The position numbers and the translations under genes were made by a program. This document shows positions 1 through 8,268 of a DNA stretch of 40,000 bases, piece after piece (within the stretch, counting starts at the first letter, position 1; each line of letters starts with the position of its first letter). This DNA is from Asanoa ishikariensis (lineage in GTDB: Bacteria > Actinomycetota > Actinomycetes > Mycobacteriales > Micromonosporaceae). The stretch is from positions 280,193 to 320,192 of the forward strand of contig NZ_FNQB01000004.1 in the NCBI RefSeq assembly GCF_900107455.1. The letters run 5' to 3'. The notes beneath the pieces are model-generated. The model saw only the letters and a list, made by a program, of their open reading frames with translations, was not told where the DNA came from and made no database searches.

Positions 1-627
1 CACGGCGAGTTGCACGATGCTGGGGCGGGTCCGTTCGACGGCGGCCTCGCGCAGGGCGGCACTCGGGGTGATCCGGGAGGCGCGGCGGGCGGATCGCCAC
101 ACGCCGAGCAGCGCGACCACCGCGCCGGCGGGCGCGGCGACCACCCAGGCGATCCACGGGCTCGGTGCTTCCAGGTGCAGGGTGGTGATCCCGATGGTCC
201 GCACCAGGTCGAGCACGGCCGGTGCCAGCATCGTGCCGAGCAGGCAGCCGACGGTGGTGGCCGCGGCGGCGACGACGGTGGACTCGCCCAGCAACAGGCG
301 CCGCACCTGTCGTGGCGTCGCGCCGACCAGGCGGAGCAGGCCGAGCTCACGCCGGCGGCTGGCCACGACGAAGCCGAACGTGCTGCCCACCACGAACAGG
401 GCCATGAACGCCGAGACCGCCGACATCATCCCGAACATCGCGGCCAGGTCGTCGAGTTGGGTCCGCTGGTCGGCGGTGACACCCGGGAGGTTCGAGGTGG
501 CGTCCACGGACCCGATGAGCGTCGTGGTGACGGCGATCAGCACGACGCCGAACAGCAACGCGACGAAGGCGCCCAGGTAGCCGCGCCAGGAGCTGCGAAC
601 GGTCTGCCGTGCCAGCGCGAGCATCAT
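1..627 (-). CDS. ABC transporter permease, FtsX/MacB-like (partial; 3' end lies outside the window)
   Basis: My own minus-strand translation starts at ATGATG (627/624), overlapping the upstream ATPase stop (TGA 624-626). It reads MMLALARQTVRSSWRGYLGAFVALLFGVVLIAVTTT... with hydrophobic helices and the ...SRRRELGLLRLVGATPRQV... segment typical of FtsX-family permeases. It runs off the window, so it is absent from the ORF track. Confidence 0.75.
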   Translation of the reverse strand, partial: MMLALARQTVRSSWRGYLGAFVALLFGVVLIAVTTTLIGSVDATSNLPGVTADQRTQLDDLAAMFGMMSAVSAFMALFVVGSTFGFVVASRRRELGLLRLVGATPRQVRRLLLGESTVVAAAATTVGCLLGTMLAPAVLDLVRTIGITTLHLEAPSPWIAWVVAAPAGAVVALLGVWRSARRASRITPSAALREAAVERTRPSIVQLAV

Positions 628-1349
628 CGCTCCAGCTCGTTCATCGCGGCCGCGATCTGGCCGGCGTCGGCGCGCGCGAGGTGACCGACGATCTGCCCGT
701 CGGCGAGGAACAGCACACCGTCGGCGAAGGAGGCGGCCAGCGGGTCGTGCGTCACCATGACGACGCTCTGCCCGCCCTGGGTCAGCGAGCGCAGGAGCTC
801 GAGGACGTCGCGCCCGGTCCCGCGGTCCAGGGCACCGGTGGGCTCGTCGGCGAAGAGGACGTCGGGCCGGCCGTACACCGCCCGGGCGATCGCGACCCGT
901 TGCTGCTGACCGCCGGACAGCTCCGAGGGCCGGCGCCTGGCCTGGTCGCGCAGGCCCACGTGCGCGAGGGCCGCCAGCACACCCGCCCGGTCGGCCCGGC
1001 GTCCGGCCAGCCGGGCGGGAAGGGCGACGTTGTCGAACGCGGTGAGCGAGTCCAACAGGTTGTACGACTGGAAGACGAACGCCATCGACGTACGCCGGAA
1101 GCGGGTCAACGCCGTTTCGTTCAGCTTGTCCAACCGGGTGTCGCCGATGGTCACCCGCCCGCTGGTCGGCCGGTCGAGGCCGGCGGCGAGCTGCAGCAGG
1201 GTGGACTTGCCGGACCCGGAGGGGCCCATGATCGCGGTGAAGGTGCCCCGCTGGACCACGTGGGTCACGCCCCGCAGGGCGTGCACGGAGCCGGCCCGCG
1301 AGCGGTAGGTACGGGTGAGACCGTCGAGCGTGACGGCAGCCTGGTTCAT
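624..1349 (-). CDS. ABC transporter ATP-binding protein (MacB/LolD-like)
   Basis: Track ORF 624..1385. Walker A GPSGSGKST, signature LSGGQQQR, Walker B LFADEPTGALD. Preferred start is ATG 1349 (MNQAAVTLDGL...), preceded by a GGAGGG RBS. The 1385 start is an upstream extension. Confidence 0.9.
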   Translation of the reverse strand: MNQAAVTLDGLTRTYRSRAGSVHALRGVTHVVQRGTFTAIMGPSGSGKSTLLQLAAGLDRPTSGRVTIGDTRLDKLNETALTRFRRTSMAFVFQSYNLLDSLTAFDNVALPARLAGRRADRAGVLAALAHVGLRDQARRRPSELSGGQQQRVAIARAVYGRPDVLFADEPTGALDRGTGRDVLELLRSLTQGGQSVVMVTHDPLAASFADGVLFLADGQIVGHLARADAGQIAAAMNELER

Positions 1350-1457
1350 GCCCTCCAGTGCAGCCGCCGGCGGGTCGCGGCACACGGGCCTGGACGCGAC
1401 ATCGAGGTAGCGTGCGCGCTACCGCGTACCGCCGGATCGGTCCGTAGGGTTGGGCGA

Positions 1458-2684
1458 GTGAGTCGGTTCCCGGACGCCTGGTCGGCCGTGCGTGGCCGCC
1501 CCGTCCGGTTCCTGACGTCGGTGTGGCCGTGGCGGGCGCTCGCCTACGTCGCCAGCACCCTGCCGATCGGCCTGGCCTGGTTGCTCGTGATGGTCGTGGT
1601 GCTCGGGGTCGGCGTGGCCACGATCGTGGTGGTCGCCGGGCTGTTCGTCCTCGCCGGCCTGCCGACGCTCGCGCACCTCGCCGCCCGGGGCGAGCGCTGG
1701 CGGATCCGGCTGGTCATCCCGGGAAGGCGCGGCCCTCTTGCCCCCCGCGACGGCCGGCGGCCCCTCTCCTGGCCCGAGATGGGCGTCACCGTCCTGCTCG
1801 CGACGCTGTTCTGGCTGGTCGACGCCGTGGCGCTGGTGCTGCTGACCGCCCCGGTCGTGCTGCTGCTGGCCCCGCTGCTGGTCCGGTACGACACGCTCGA
1901 GGTCGCCGGATGGCGGGTCGACGGCACCGGCAAGGCGTGGGCGGCGGTGGCGGTCGGCCTCGTCGCCCTCGTCCTGGTGCTCTACGCGATCACGGCGCTG
2001 GCCTGTGGCCAGGCGGCACTGGTCCGGCAGTTGCTGGACCCACCCGAGGCGCGGCTGGTCGAGGCGGTCGCGCAGCTCCGCAAATCCCGCAGCGGGCTGG
2101 TCGACGCGTTCGAGACCGAACGGCGCCGGATCGAGCGCGACCTTCACGACGGCGTCCAGCAGCGGCTGGTCGCGCTGACCATGACGCTGGGCAGCGCCGA
2201 GCTCGACCTGCCCAGCGGTCCCGGCCTCGAGCTCGTCCGCGAGGCGCACCAGCAGGCGGAGCAGGCCCTCGCCGATCTGCGCACCACGATCCGGGGCATC
2301 CACCCGCAGGTGCTCACCGACCACGGTCTGGCGGCGGCCGTGCACGAGATCGCCGGCCGGTCACCCGTCCCGGTCCACCTCGACCTCGCCGTGGAAGGCC
2401 GGCTCCCGCCCGCGATCGAGGCCGCGGCGTACTTCTTCGTCAGCGAGAGCCTGACCAACGTCGCCAAGCACGCCCACGCCCGGTCGGCGCAGGTGCACGC
2501 GTGGACCTCAGACGGGACCCTTGTCGTGTCGGTGGTCGACGACGGCATCGGAGGCGCCGACCCGCAGGCGGGCACCGGTCTGGCCGGGCTGCGCGCCCGA
2601 CTCGACGCCCTCGACGGCGAGTTGGACGTCACCAGCCCCGCCGGCGGCCCGACCCAGGTGAGGATGACGTGCCAGATCCAGTGA
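1458..2684 (+). CDS. Sensor histidine kinase, HisKA_3/DesK-NarX type, membrane-bound
   Basis: C-terminal part of track ORF 609..2684. N-terminal hydrophobic helices, H-box ERRRIERDLHDGVQQRL, and HATPase_c-like ESLTNVAKHA ... DDGIGGAD ... GTGLAGLRARL. In-frame GTG at 1458 begins VSRFPDAW. The upstream 283 codons overlap the divergent ABC ATPase gene and look non-coding. Confidence 0.85.
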   Translation: MSRFPDAWSAVRGRPVRFLTSVWPWRALAYVASTLPIGLAWLLVMVVVLGVGVATIVVVAGLFVLAGLPTLAHLAARGERWRIRLVIPGRRGPLAPRDGRRPLSWPEMGVTVLLATLFWLVDAVALVLLTAPVVLLLAPLLVRYDTLEVAGWRVDGTGKAWAAVAVGLVALVLVLYAITALACGQAALVRQLLDPPEARLVEAVAQLRKSRSGLVDAFETERRRIERDLHDGVQQRLVALTMTLGSAELDLPSGPGLELVREAHQQAEQALADLRTTIRGIHPQVLTDHGLAAAVHEIAGRSPVPVHLDLAVEGRLPPAIEAAAYFFVSESLTNVAKHAHARSAQVHAWTSDGTLVVSVVDDGIGGADPQAGTGLAGLRARLDALDGELDVTSPAGGPTQVRMTCQIQ

Positions 2685-3331
2685 CGCCGCTGCGGATCGT
2701 GGTGGCCGAGGACGCGGCCCTGCTCCGCGAGGGGCTGGTGCGGATACTCGAACGGGCGGGCCACGAGATCGTCGCGGCGGTCGCCGATGGCCAGGCCCTG
2801 CTCACGTACGTGGCGAGCACCGCACCTGACATCGTCATCACCGACATCCGCATGCCGCCCACCCACACCGACGAGGGCCTGCGCGCGGCCGCGATCATCC
2901 GGGCCGAACATCCCGGCGTGGCCATCATGTTGCTGTCCGCCTACGTGGCCGACGCGTACGTCGGAGACCTGCTCGACTCGGCCCCGGGCGGCGGCATCGG
3001 CTATCTGCTCAAGGACCGGGTCGGCCACGTGCGCGACTTCCTCGACAGCGTCGACCGCGTGGCGGCGGGCGGCACCGTCGTCGACGGCGAGGTCGTCCGC
3101 CAACTCGTCCGCCGCCGGCACGCCGACGGTCCACTCGCGACACTCACGGACCGCGAACGCGAGGTCCTGGCGCTCATGGCCGAAGGCCATACGAACAACG
3201 CGATCGCGGGAAAGCTGTTCGTCAGCGAGGCGGCGGTACGCAAGCACATCGGCAACATCTTCGCCAAGCTCCCGCTGGATCCGGCGTCGGACCGGCGCGT
3301 GTCGGCCGTGCTCACCTACCTGCGCGGATGA
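2681..3331 (+). CDS. Two-component response regulator, NarL/LuxR family
   Basis: C-terminal part of track ORF 1523..3331. Receiver domain (RIVVAEDAALLREGL ... DIVITDIRMPP) plus LuxR HTH (LTDREREVLALMAEGHTNNAIAGKLFVSEAAVRKHIGNIFAKL). The GTG 2681 start overlaps the kinase stop (GTGA). Confidence 0.9.
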   Translation: MTPLRIVVAEDAALLREGLVRILERAGHEIVAAVADGQALLTYVASTAPDIVITDIRMPPTHTDEGLRAAAIIRAEHPGVAIMLLSAYVADAYVGDLLDSAPGGGIGYLLKDRVGHVRDFLDSVDRVAAGGTVVDGEVVRQLVRRRHADGPLATLTDREREVLALMAEGHTNNAIAGKLFVSEAAVRKHIGNIFAKLPLDPASDRRVSAVLTYLRG

Positions 3332-4193
3332 CGGCCTCGGCGACGACGAGGTCCTCCCAGGACATGCCGACGCTCTTGAACAACAAAGGCCGGTCGCGCG
3401 CGGGTCGGACGCGTCCGGTGACGATGTCCCGCATCGGGACCAGATCGTCGGTCCGCATCGCCCCGTCCCGCACCGCCAGGCAGACGTCGCCGGCCTCACG
3501 CAGGGCGGTCGCCACGTCCTCGACGACGACCGTGGCTCGCGCGCACAGCGCGGCCGGGACCTCCCGGGCGTCGGGCTCGTGGGAGCCGACGGCGATGACC
3601 ACGGCGTGGTCCTGGATCAGGTTGGCGTCGAACAGTGGGGTCCGGGCGGAGGTCGCGCAGACGACGACGTCGGCCGCGCGCAGGACGTCTTCCGCCCGAG
3701 GGGTCCCCAGGTCGTCTCTGACCAGGTGCGTCGTCGAGGCGATGGGCACCGTCGCGGCCAGCGTCGCGGCATGCCCGTGCGCCTGCGGACCGGCGCCGAA
3801 GACGGCCAGCCGCAACGGGCCGGGCATGGCCAACAGTCGCGACCGCACGGCGGCCACGGACACCGCGGGGGTACGCAGGGTGGTCAGCGCCGTGCCGTCG
3901 AGCACCGCGCGCAGGCTGAGCGATTCGGCGTCGAAGAGCAGGTAGGACGCCTGGATGCGGGGGAGTCCGCGGGTCGGGTTGTCGGGAGCGACGGTCACCA
4001 CCTTGATCCCGGCGTACGCCTGCGAGCGCTCTGACGGCATCAGCAGGAACTCACCGCCGCGCAACGGGACGGTCTGGCGGGGGAGATCGGCGGCCGGATC
4101 GAGGCCGGCGACGAGCGCGGCCGTGATCGCGTCGACGGCGGCGAGCGGACCACACGCGGCACGCACCGCGTCGGCATCGAGGACCAGCGTCAC
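3312..4193 (-). CDS. Ornithine cyclodeaminase / mu-crystallin family protein
   Basis: C-terminal 294 codons of track ORF 3312..4634. Rossmann motif LAVFGAGPQAHGHA and family-like blocks (EFLLMPS, AGIKVVTVAPDNP, LDGTALTTLRTPAVS, VVCATSARTPLF, AVGSHEPDAREV). Start GTG 4193 (or GTG 4211). The upstream 147 codons are Arg/Pro-rich and look non-coding. Confidence 0.7.
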   Translation of the reverse strand: MTLVLDADAVRAACGPLAAVDAITAALVAGLDPAADLPRQTVPLRGGEFLLMPSERSQAYAGIKVVTVAPDNPTRGLPRIQASYLLFDAESLSLRAVLDGTALTTLRTPAVSVAAVRSRLLAMPGPLRLAVFGAGPQAHGHAATLAATVPIASTTHLVRDDLGTPRAEDVLRAADVVVCATSARTPLFDANLIQDHAVVIAVGSHEPDAREVPAALCARATVVVEDVATALREAGDVCLAVRDGAMRTDDLVPMRDIVTGRVRPARDRPLLFKSVGMSWEDLVVAEAVIRAGR

Positions 4194-4815
4194 GGGACCA
4201 TCCTTGCGCACGTCCGAGCGGATGGTCTTCGCGCGATGACGGTGAGCGCTTTGCGGATGGTCCTGGCCGCGACCGCTCGTTCCTCCTGGACCCCGGCATC
4301 GATCACCAACGGTGAGACCGTCACTACTGCTACTTGGGCCCGATGCGCGGGTGGGCCGTGCTGTATTCTTCCGCGGGGTCGCGCCGCGTCGCTCGACAAG
4401 CCCACCGGTGGTGCTGCCGACGCTAGACCGGATGCGCGAGACCCAGGGGTCTGCGTTTACGCGGCGGCGGACCAGTCGCAAGAAGGTTGCCCTCGGTTCG
4501 GCGCCAACCGTTCTGGCTGTGCAGATAGCACGATACTGCGCTGGCGTGAAGAGCCTTCGAGGCCCCGAAACTGCAGGAGGCCGCGGCACGCGCCTGCCGC
4601 CGGTTGGCTCAATGCTCGCGCGGCTGGCCGCCATCGCCGGCGGTCAGCGATGTGCGGTGCAACGTCCAAAATCGAACTGGTGTTCCCGCGTGTCGTGCGG
4701 CCCACCTCGTTCCGTGGCTCTTCCCGGTTCGGTAGGCTGGCGCCACTAGATCCAAGAAACTGCGGCTGAGCTGTCTGTTGGTTCACCGTAGTTACTGCAA
4801 AGGAAGGTAGCGCGC

Positions 4816-5520
4816 ATGTCTGACACGAAGCCGAAGGCCGTGGTCCTCCTCAGCGGTGGCCTTGACTCCGCTACGGTGCTCGCGATGGCGCTGCGCGAGG
4901 GGTACGAGGCGTATGCGCTGAGTTTCCGGTACGGCCAGCGCCACACGGTCGAGTTGAAGGCCGCGGCTGCGGTAGCTGAGCAGTTCGGCGTCCGTCGGCA
5001 CGTCATCGCCGACATCGACCTGCGGGCCTTCGGCGGTTCGGCCCTCACGGACGACGGGATCGCGGTGCCGCACTACGCCAGCGCAGACGAGCTGAGCCAA
5101 GACATTCCGGTCACCTACGTGCCAGCACGTAACACCATCTTTCTGTCCTTCGCCCTCGCGTGGGCAGAGACGCTTGACGCCTCAGACGTGTTCATTGGCG
5201 TCAACGCGCTTGACTACAGCGGCTACCCGGACTGCCGTCCGGAGTTTATCGCCGCCTACGAGGCGATGGCGAACCTAGCCACGAAGGCGGGAGTGGAAGG
5301 GCGTCAGCGGTTGCGCATCCACACGCCGCTTATCGAACTGACGAAGGCCCAGACGATTCGTAGTGGCCTGGAGCTTGGTGTTGACTACTCGCTGACGCAC
5401 AGCTGCTATGACCCAGCCGATGATCGGGCCTGCGGGACGTGTGACTCTTGCCTGCTACGGGGACGTGGGTTCGCCGAGCTCGGTCTCTCTGACCCGGCAC
5501 TGGCACCCGCCGCCGGGTGA
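4816..5520 (+). CDS. queC: 7-cyano-7-deazaguanine (preQ0) synthase QueC
   Basis: Track ORF 4816..5520. PP-loop [13 protein letters not shown] and C-terminal zinc cluster CYDP...[13 protein letters not shown] preceded by an AAGGAAGG RBS. Confidence 0.9.
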   Translation: MSDTKPKAVVLLSGGLDSATVLAMALREGYEAYALSFRYGQRHTVELKAAAAVAEQFGVRRHVIADIDLRAFGGSALTDDGIAVPHYASADELSQDIPVTYVPARNTIFLSFALAWAETLDASDVFIGVNALDYSGYPDCRPEFIAAYEAMANLATKAGVEGRQRLRIHTPLIELTKAQTIRSGLELGVDYSLTHSCYDPADDRACGTCDSCLLRGRGFAELGLSDPALAPAAG

Positions 5521-5523
5521 GTC

Positions 5524-6165
5524 GTGGTGTACCGGGTCAAGGAGATCTTCTACACGCTGCAAGGCGAGGGCACGCATGCCGGCCGGCCGGCCGTGTTCTG
5601 TCGGTTCACTAGCTGCAATCTGTGGACCGGCAGGGAGCAGGACCGGCATCGTGCCCTATGCCAGTTTTGCGACACGGACTTCGTCGGCACAGACGGCCCC
5701 GGAGGTGGGCGATTCCGTTCCGCGGCGGATCTGGCCGCTGCGGTCGCCCGCACTTGGGAGGGCGAACCGCATCCACGTAGCAGGCCCTATGTCGTCTGCA
5801 CCGGAGGCGAACCGCTACTGCAACTCGACGACGAGGCCGTACACGCCCTGCACAATCTGGGCTTTGAGGTGGCCGTGGAGACCAACGGCACTCGCCCGGC
5901 GCCGGCCGGTCTCGACTGGATCTGCGTCAGCCCCAAAGCTGGCGCACCGGTCGTGTTGACCGCAGGACACGACCTGAAGTTGGTCTTTCCGCAGGCGGGC
6001 GCCGAGCCCGAATTGTTCGAGGACCTGGAGTTCGAGCACTTCATGCTTCAGCCGATGGACGGACCGGACCGGGTGGCGAACACCGAGGCCGCGGTTCGCT
6101 ACTGCATGAAGCATCCGCAATGGCGTTTGAGCTTGCAGACGCACAAGTACATAGGAATCGCCTGA
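5524..6165 (+). CDS. queE: 7-carboxy-7-deazaguanine synthase QueE (radical SAM)
   Basis: Track ORF 5524..6165. [11 protein letters not shown]-terminus and a CX14CX2C cluster motif ([20 protein letters not shown]), as in the Burkholderia-type QueE subclass. GTG start 3 nt after the queC stop. Confidence 0.9.
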   Translation: MVYRVKEIFYTLQGEGTHAGRPAVFCRFTSCNLWTGREQDRHRALCQFCDTDFVGTDGPGGGRFRSAADLAAAVARTWEGEPHPRSRPYVVCTGGEPLLQLDDEAVHALHNLGFEVAVETNGTRPAPAGLDWICVSPKAGAPVVLTAGHDLKLVFPQAGAEPELFEDLEFEHFMLQPMDGPDRVANTEAAVRYCMKHPQWRLSLQTHKYIGIA

Positions 6166-6521
6166 TGGAAATATTCCGGGAGTTCACCTTCGAAGCCGCA
6201 CACCGGCTTCCCAACGTGCCGGAAGGACACAAGTGCGCCCGGTTGCACGGCCATTCCTATCGAGTTCAGGTACACGTCTCGGGTGAGGTCGACGCGCAAA
6301 CCGGGTGGGTGATGGACTTCGGCGACCTCAAGAAGGCGTTCCAGCCTTTGCACGCTCAACTCGACCACTACTACCTCAACGAGGTAGCGGGCCTGGAGAA
6401 TCCGACCAGCGAGGTGCTTGCCCGCTGGATCTGGGATCGGCTCATAGGCCAGTTGCCGGTGTCCGCCGTGATGGTGCGCGAGACGTGCACATCCGGCTGC
6501 GTCTATCGAGGGGAGCAGTGA
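6165..6521 (+). CDS. queD: 6-carboxy-5,6,7,8-tetrahydropterin synthase QueD
   Basis: In-frame ATG 6165 within track ORF 6120..6521. [32 protein letters not shown] is the typical PTPS/QueD His-triad region. The start shares 1 nt with the queE stop (TGATG). Confidence 0.9.
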   Translation: MEIFREFTFEAAHRLPNVPEGHKCARLHGHSYRVQVHVSGEVDAQTGWVMDFGDLKKAFQPLHAQLDHYYLNEVAGLENPTSEVLARWIWDRLIGQLPVSAVMVRETCTSGCVYRGEQ

Positions 6522-7318
6522 TGTTGCCGGACGTGCAGGGACTCTCGGACGAGCGAGGCGTCACCCTGGACGACGTCGGAATCGAAGGTCTTCGGTATCC
6601 GCTGCTGATTGCGGACGGTCAAGGCGTCAAGCGCGAGACTGTCGCCACTGTCGACATGTCCGTCGGCATAGAGGCAGACGTCAAGGGCGCACATCTGAGC
6701 CGTTTCGTGGAAGTGCTGCATGCATGGCGGGACCAACTCGATGCGACGAGTGCGATCAGCCTTGCCGAGGACGTGCGTACCCGGCTTGGCACTCGCGACG
6801 CCCGGGTGCGACTGTCGTTCGCCTACTTCCTCGAGCGTCGGGCGCCGGTTACCGGGGCCTGCTCGTTTTCCGAGTACCAATGCACTTTGACGGTTGCGAC
6901 GAGTGGGGGCGCTGCCTCGCTCCTGTTGCAGGTCCGTGTTCCGGTGACGAGCGTGTGTCCCTGCAGCAAGGCGATCAGCGACCGTGGTGCACACAACCAG
7001 CGTGGCTACGTCACCATCGAGGTCGAACCAGCGACCGGTGCGCAGCTCTGGTTCGACGACCTCATCGATGTCGCGGAAGCATCGGCATCATCACCGGTGT
7101 ATGCCTTGCTCAAGCGGCCCGACGAGCGGCACGTCACGATGGCGGGCTATGACAACCCTGTCTTCGTCGAGGACATGGCACGCCATGTCGCCGTTGTGCT
7201 TCGCGGCGACGTGCGTATCGCTCGATTCCGGGCCCGGGTCGTCAATGACGAGAGCATCCACAATCACGCCGCATTCGCGCGGCTGGACTGGACGGCCACC
7301 GACGACGGGAACGCGTGA
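6521..7318 (+). CDS. folE2: GTP cyclohydrolase I type 2 (FolE2/MptA family)
   Basis: In-frame ATG 6521 within track ORF 6305..7318. FolE2-like blocks DVQG..DERG, GAHLSRFVE, VTSVCPCSKAIS, AHNQRGYVT, FVEDMAR. The start shares 1 nt with the queD stop. Confidence 0.85.
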   Translation: MLPDVQGLSDERGVTLDDVGIEGLRYPLLIADGQGVKRETVATVDMSVGIEADVKGAHLSRFVEVLHAWRDQLDATSAISLAEDVRTRLGTRDARVRLSFAYFLERRAPVTGACSFSEYQCTLTVATSGGAASLLLQVRVPVTSVCPCSKAISDRGAHNQRGYVTIEVEPATGAQLWFDDLIDVAEASASSPVYALLKRPDERHVTMAGYDNPVFVEDMARHVAVVLRGDVRIARFRARVVNDESIHNHAAFARLDWTATDDGNA

Positions 7319-8268
7319 TGTCTAACGCTGCTTCCGTCATCTCGCCGATCCACGTCATCGTCACCTGTGCCAATCGCAAGACCGCAGCGGTGCCAGACGA
7401 GCTCCGGCTCGGCGGCTTGAAGGTTCATTCGGCGCAGCAACGGTTCCCGGTCTGGGCGGAACGGCTCGCGACTACGGATTGCCCCAGGGTCCCGGCGATC
7501 GATCTCTATGCCGGGGAGCACTGGCACGGTGCCCGTGCCCTCCGGCAGACTCTTTCGAGCGCCGCGAACCTTTGGGTCTGCTCCGCCGGTTACGGGCTTG
7601 TCGCCGCAGACGCGCCGCTTGCTCCGTACGCGGCGACCTTCGCCCCTGGGGCGGACGACTCCGCTGGTTCGTCGCCAACGGAGATGCGTGAGTGGTGGCG
7701 GCAGCTCACCCGATGGAATTGGTCCGCGGAGGCTGGCCCCCGATCGTTCGCCGATCTTGCGCGGCAGAACCCACAGGGCGTCATCATCGCGGTGCTGTCT
7801 GAGTCCTACATGCGGGCCTGCTCCGACGATCTCCGCGAGGCTGTCGCCTGCTTGAACGACCGCGAACAATTCGCGATCTTCGGTCCGCCCAATCGCTGCA
7901 CGGAACTCGATGAGTTCGTTGTGCCGGTAACGGGTGCGCTGCGTCCGGTGGTCGGCGGCAGCATGCAGGCGCTCAACGTCCGCGCTGCTAACCATCTTCT
8001 CCGCGCCGCAGGCGACAGGTTCTCGTACAGCGCCCTCTGCAAACTCGCTCAGGAGGCTACCGAAGCGGCTGCTCCGGATCCGGGCCGGCGGCCGGCTGGA
8101 CAGAAACTGGGCGACGACGAAGTGCGTGAGTACATCCGCCGGGCTCTCGCTGAAGGACGTAGTTCCGCTACGGGTCTTCTGCGGAGGTTGCGCGCGTCAG
8201 GTCAATCCTGCGAACAAGCCCGCTTCCACGCCCTGTTCGCAGCGATCGCCGGGGAGGTGCAGGGATGA
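7315..8268 (+). CDS. dpdC: DUF328/YaaA-like protein with a C-terminal extension; DpdC candidate (preQ0-DNA to ADG-DNA step)
   Basis: Track ORF 7315..8268. By eye it is collinear with E. coli YaaA blocks: [10 protein letters not shown] ~ [20 protein letters not shown] ~ [27 protein letters not shown] ~ [34 protein letters not shown] ~ VINLASDEYFKSV. It sits immediately upstream of the DGQHR/dpdA genes. The DpdC assignment is from position plus my recollection that DpdC is DUF328-like, and is unverified. Confidence 0.55.
   Translation: [317 protein letters not shown]

Noticed and set aside
609-3331. Very long track ORFs (609..2684, 691 aa; 1523..3331, 602 aa; 1419..2345 minus; 2144..3499 minus) spanning the kinase/regulator region
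   Set aside because: These are high-GC artefacts. Only the C-terminal parts carry kinase or receiver/LuxR motifs. The N-terminal extensions and the alternative or antisense frames are Arg/Pro/Gly/Ala-rich low-complexity translations that overlap better-supported genes.
4666-4680. tRNA T-arm-like element on the minus strand (ccagTTCGATTttgg) in the left island junction
   Set aside because: The stem is only 4 bp including a G-T pair, and no matching acceptor, D or anticodon arms lie at the right distances. At best it is a tRNA fragment, and I cannot support a tRNA gene or att site.
4781-4801. A 21-nt segment gttcaccgtagttactgcaaa (4781-4801) matches gttaaccgtagttaccccaaa (38526-38546) at 18 of 21 positions, both intergenic; considered as island-flanking direct repeats
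   Set aside because: A rough estimate says a handful of such matches are expected by chance in 40 kb. The second copy also lies beyond the high-GC peptidase/NRPS genes, which do not look like part of the lower-GC island. It could be rechecked against an island-free relative.
4194-4815. Possible preQ1/preQ0-responsive riboswitch upstream of queC
   Set aside because: I could not recognise the short conserved preQ1-I/II/III core sequences or a compatible pseudoknot by eye. An Infernal/Rfam scan is needed before any claim.
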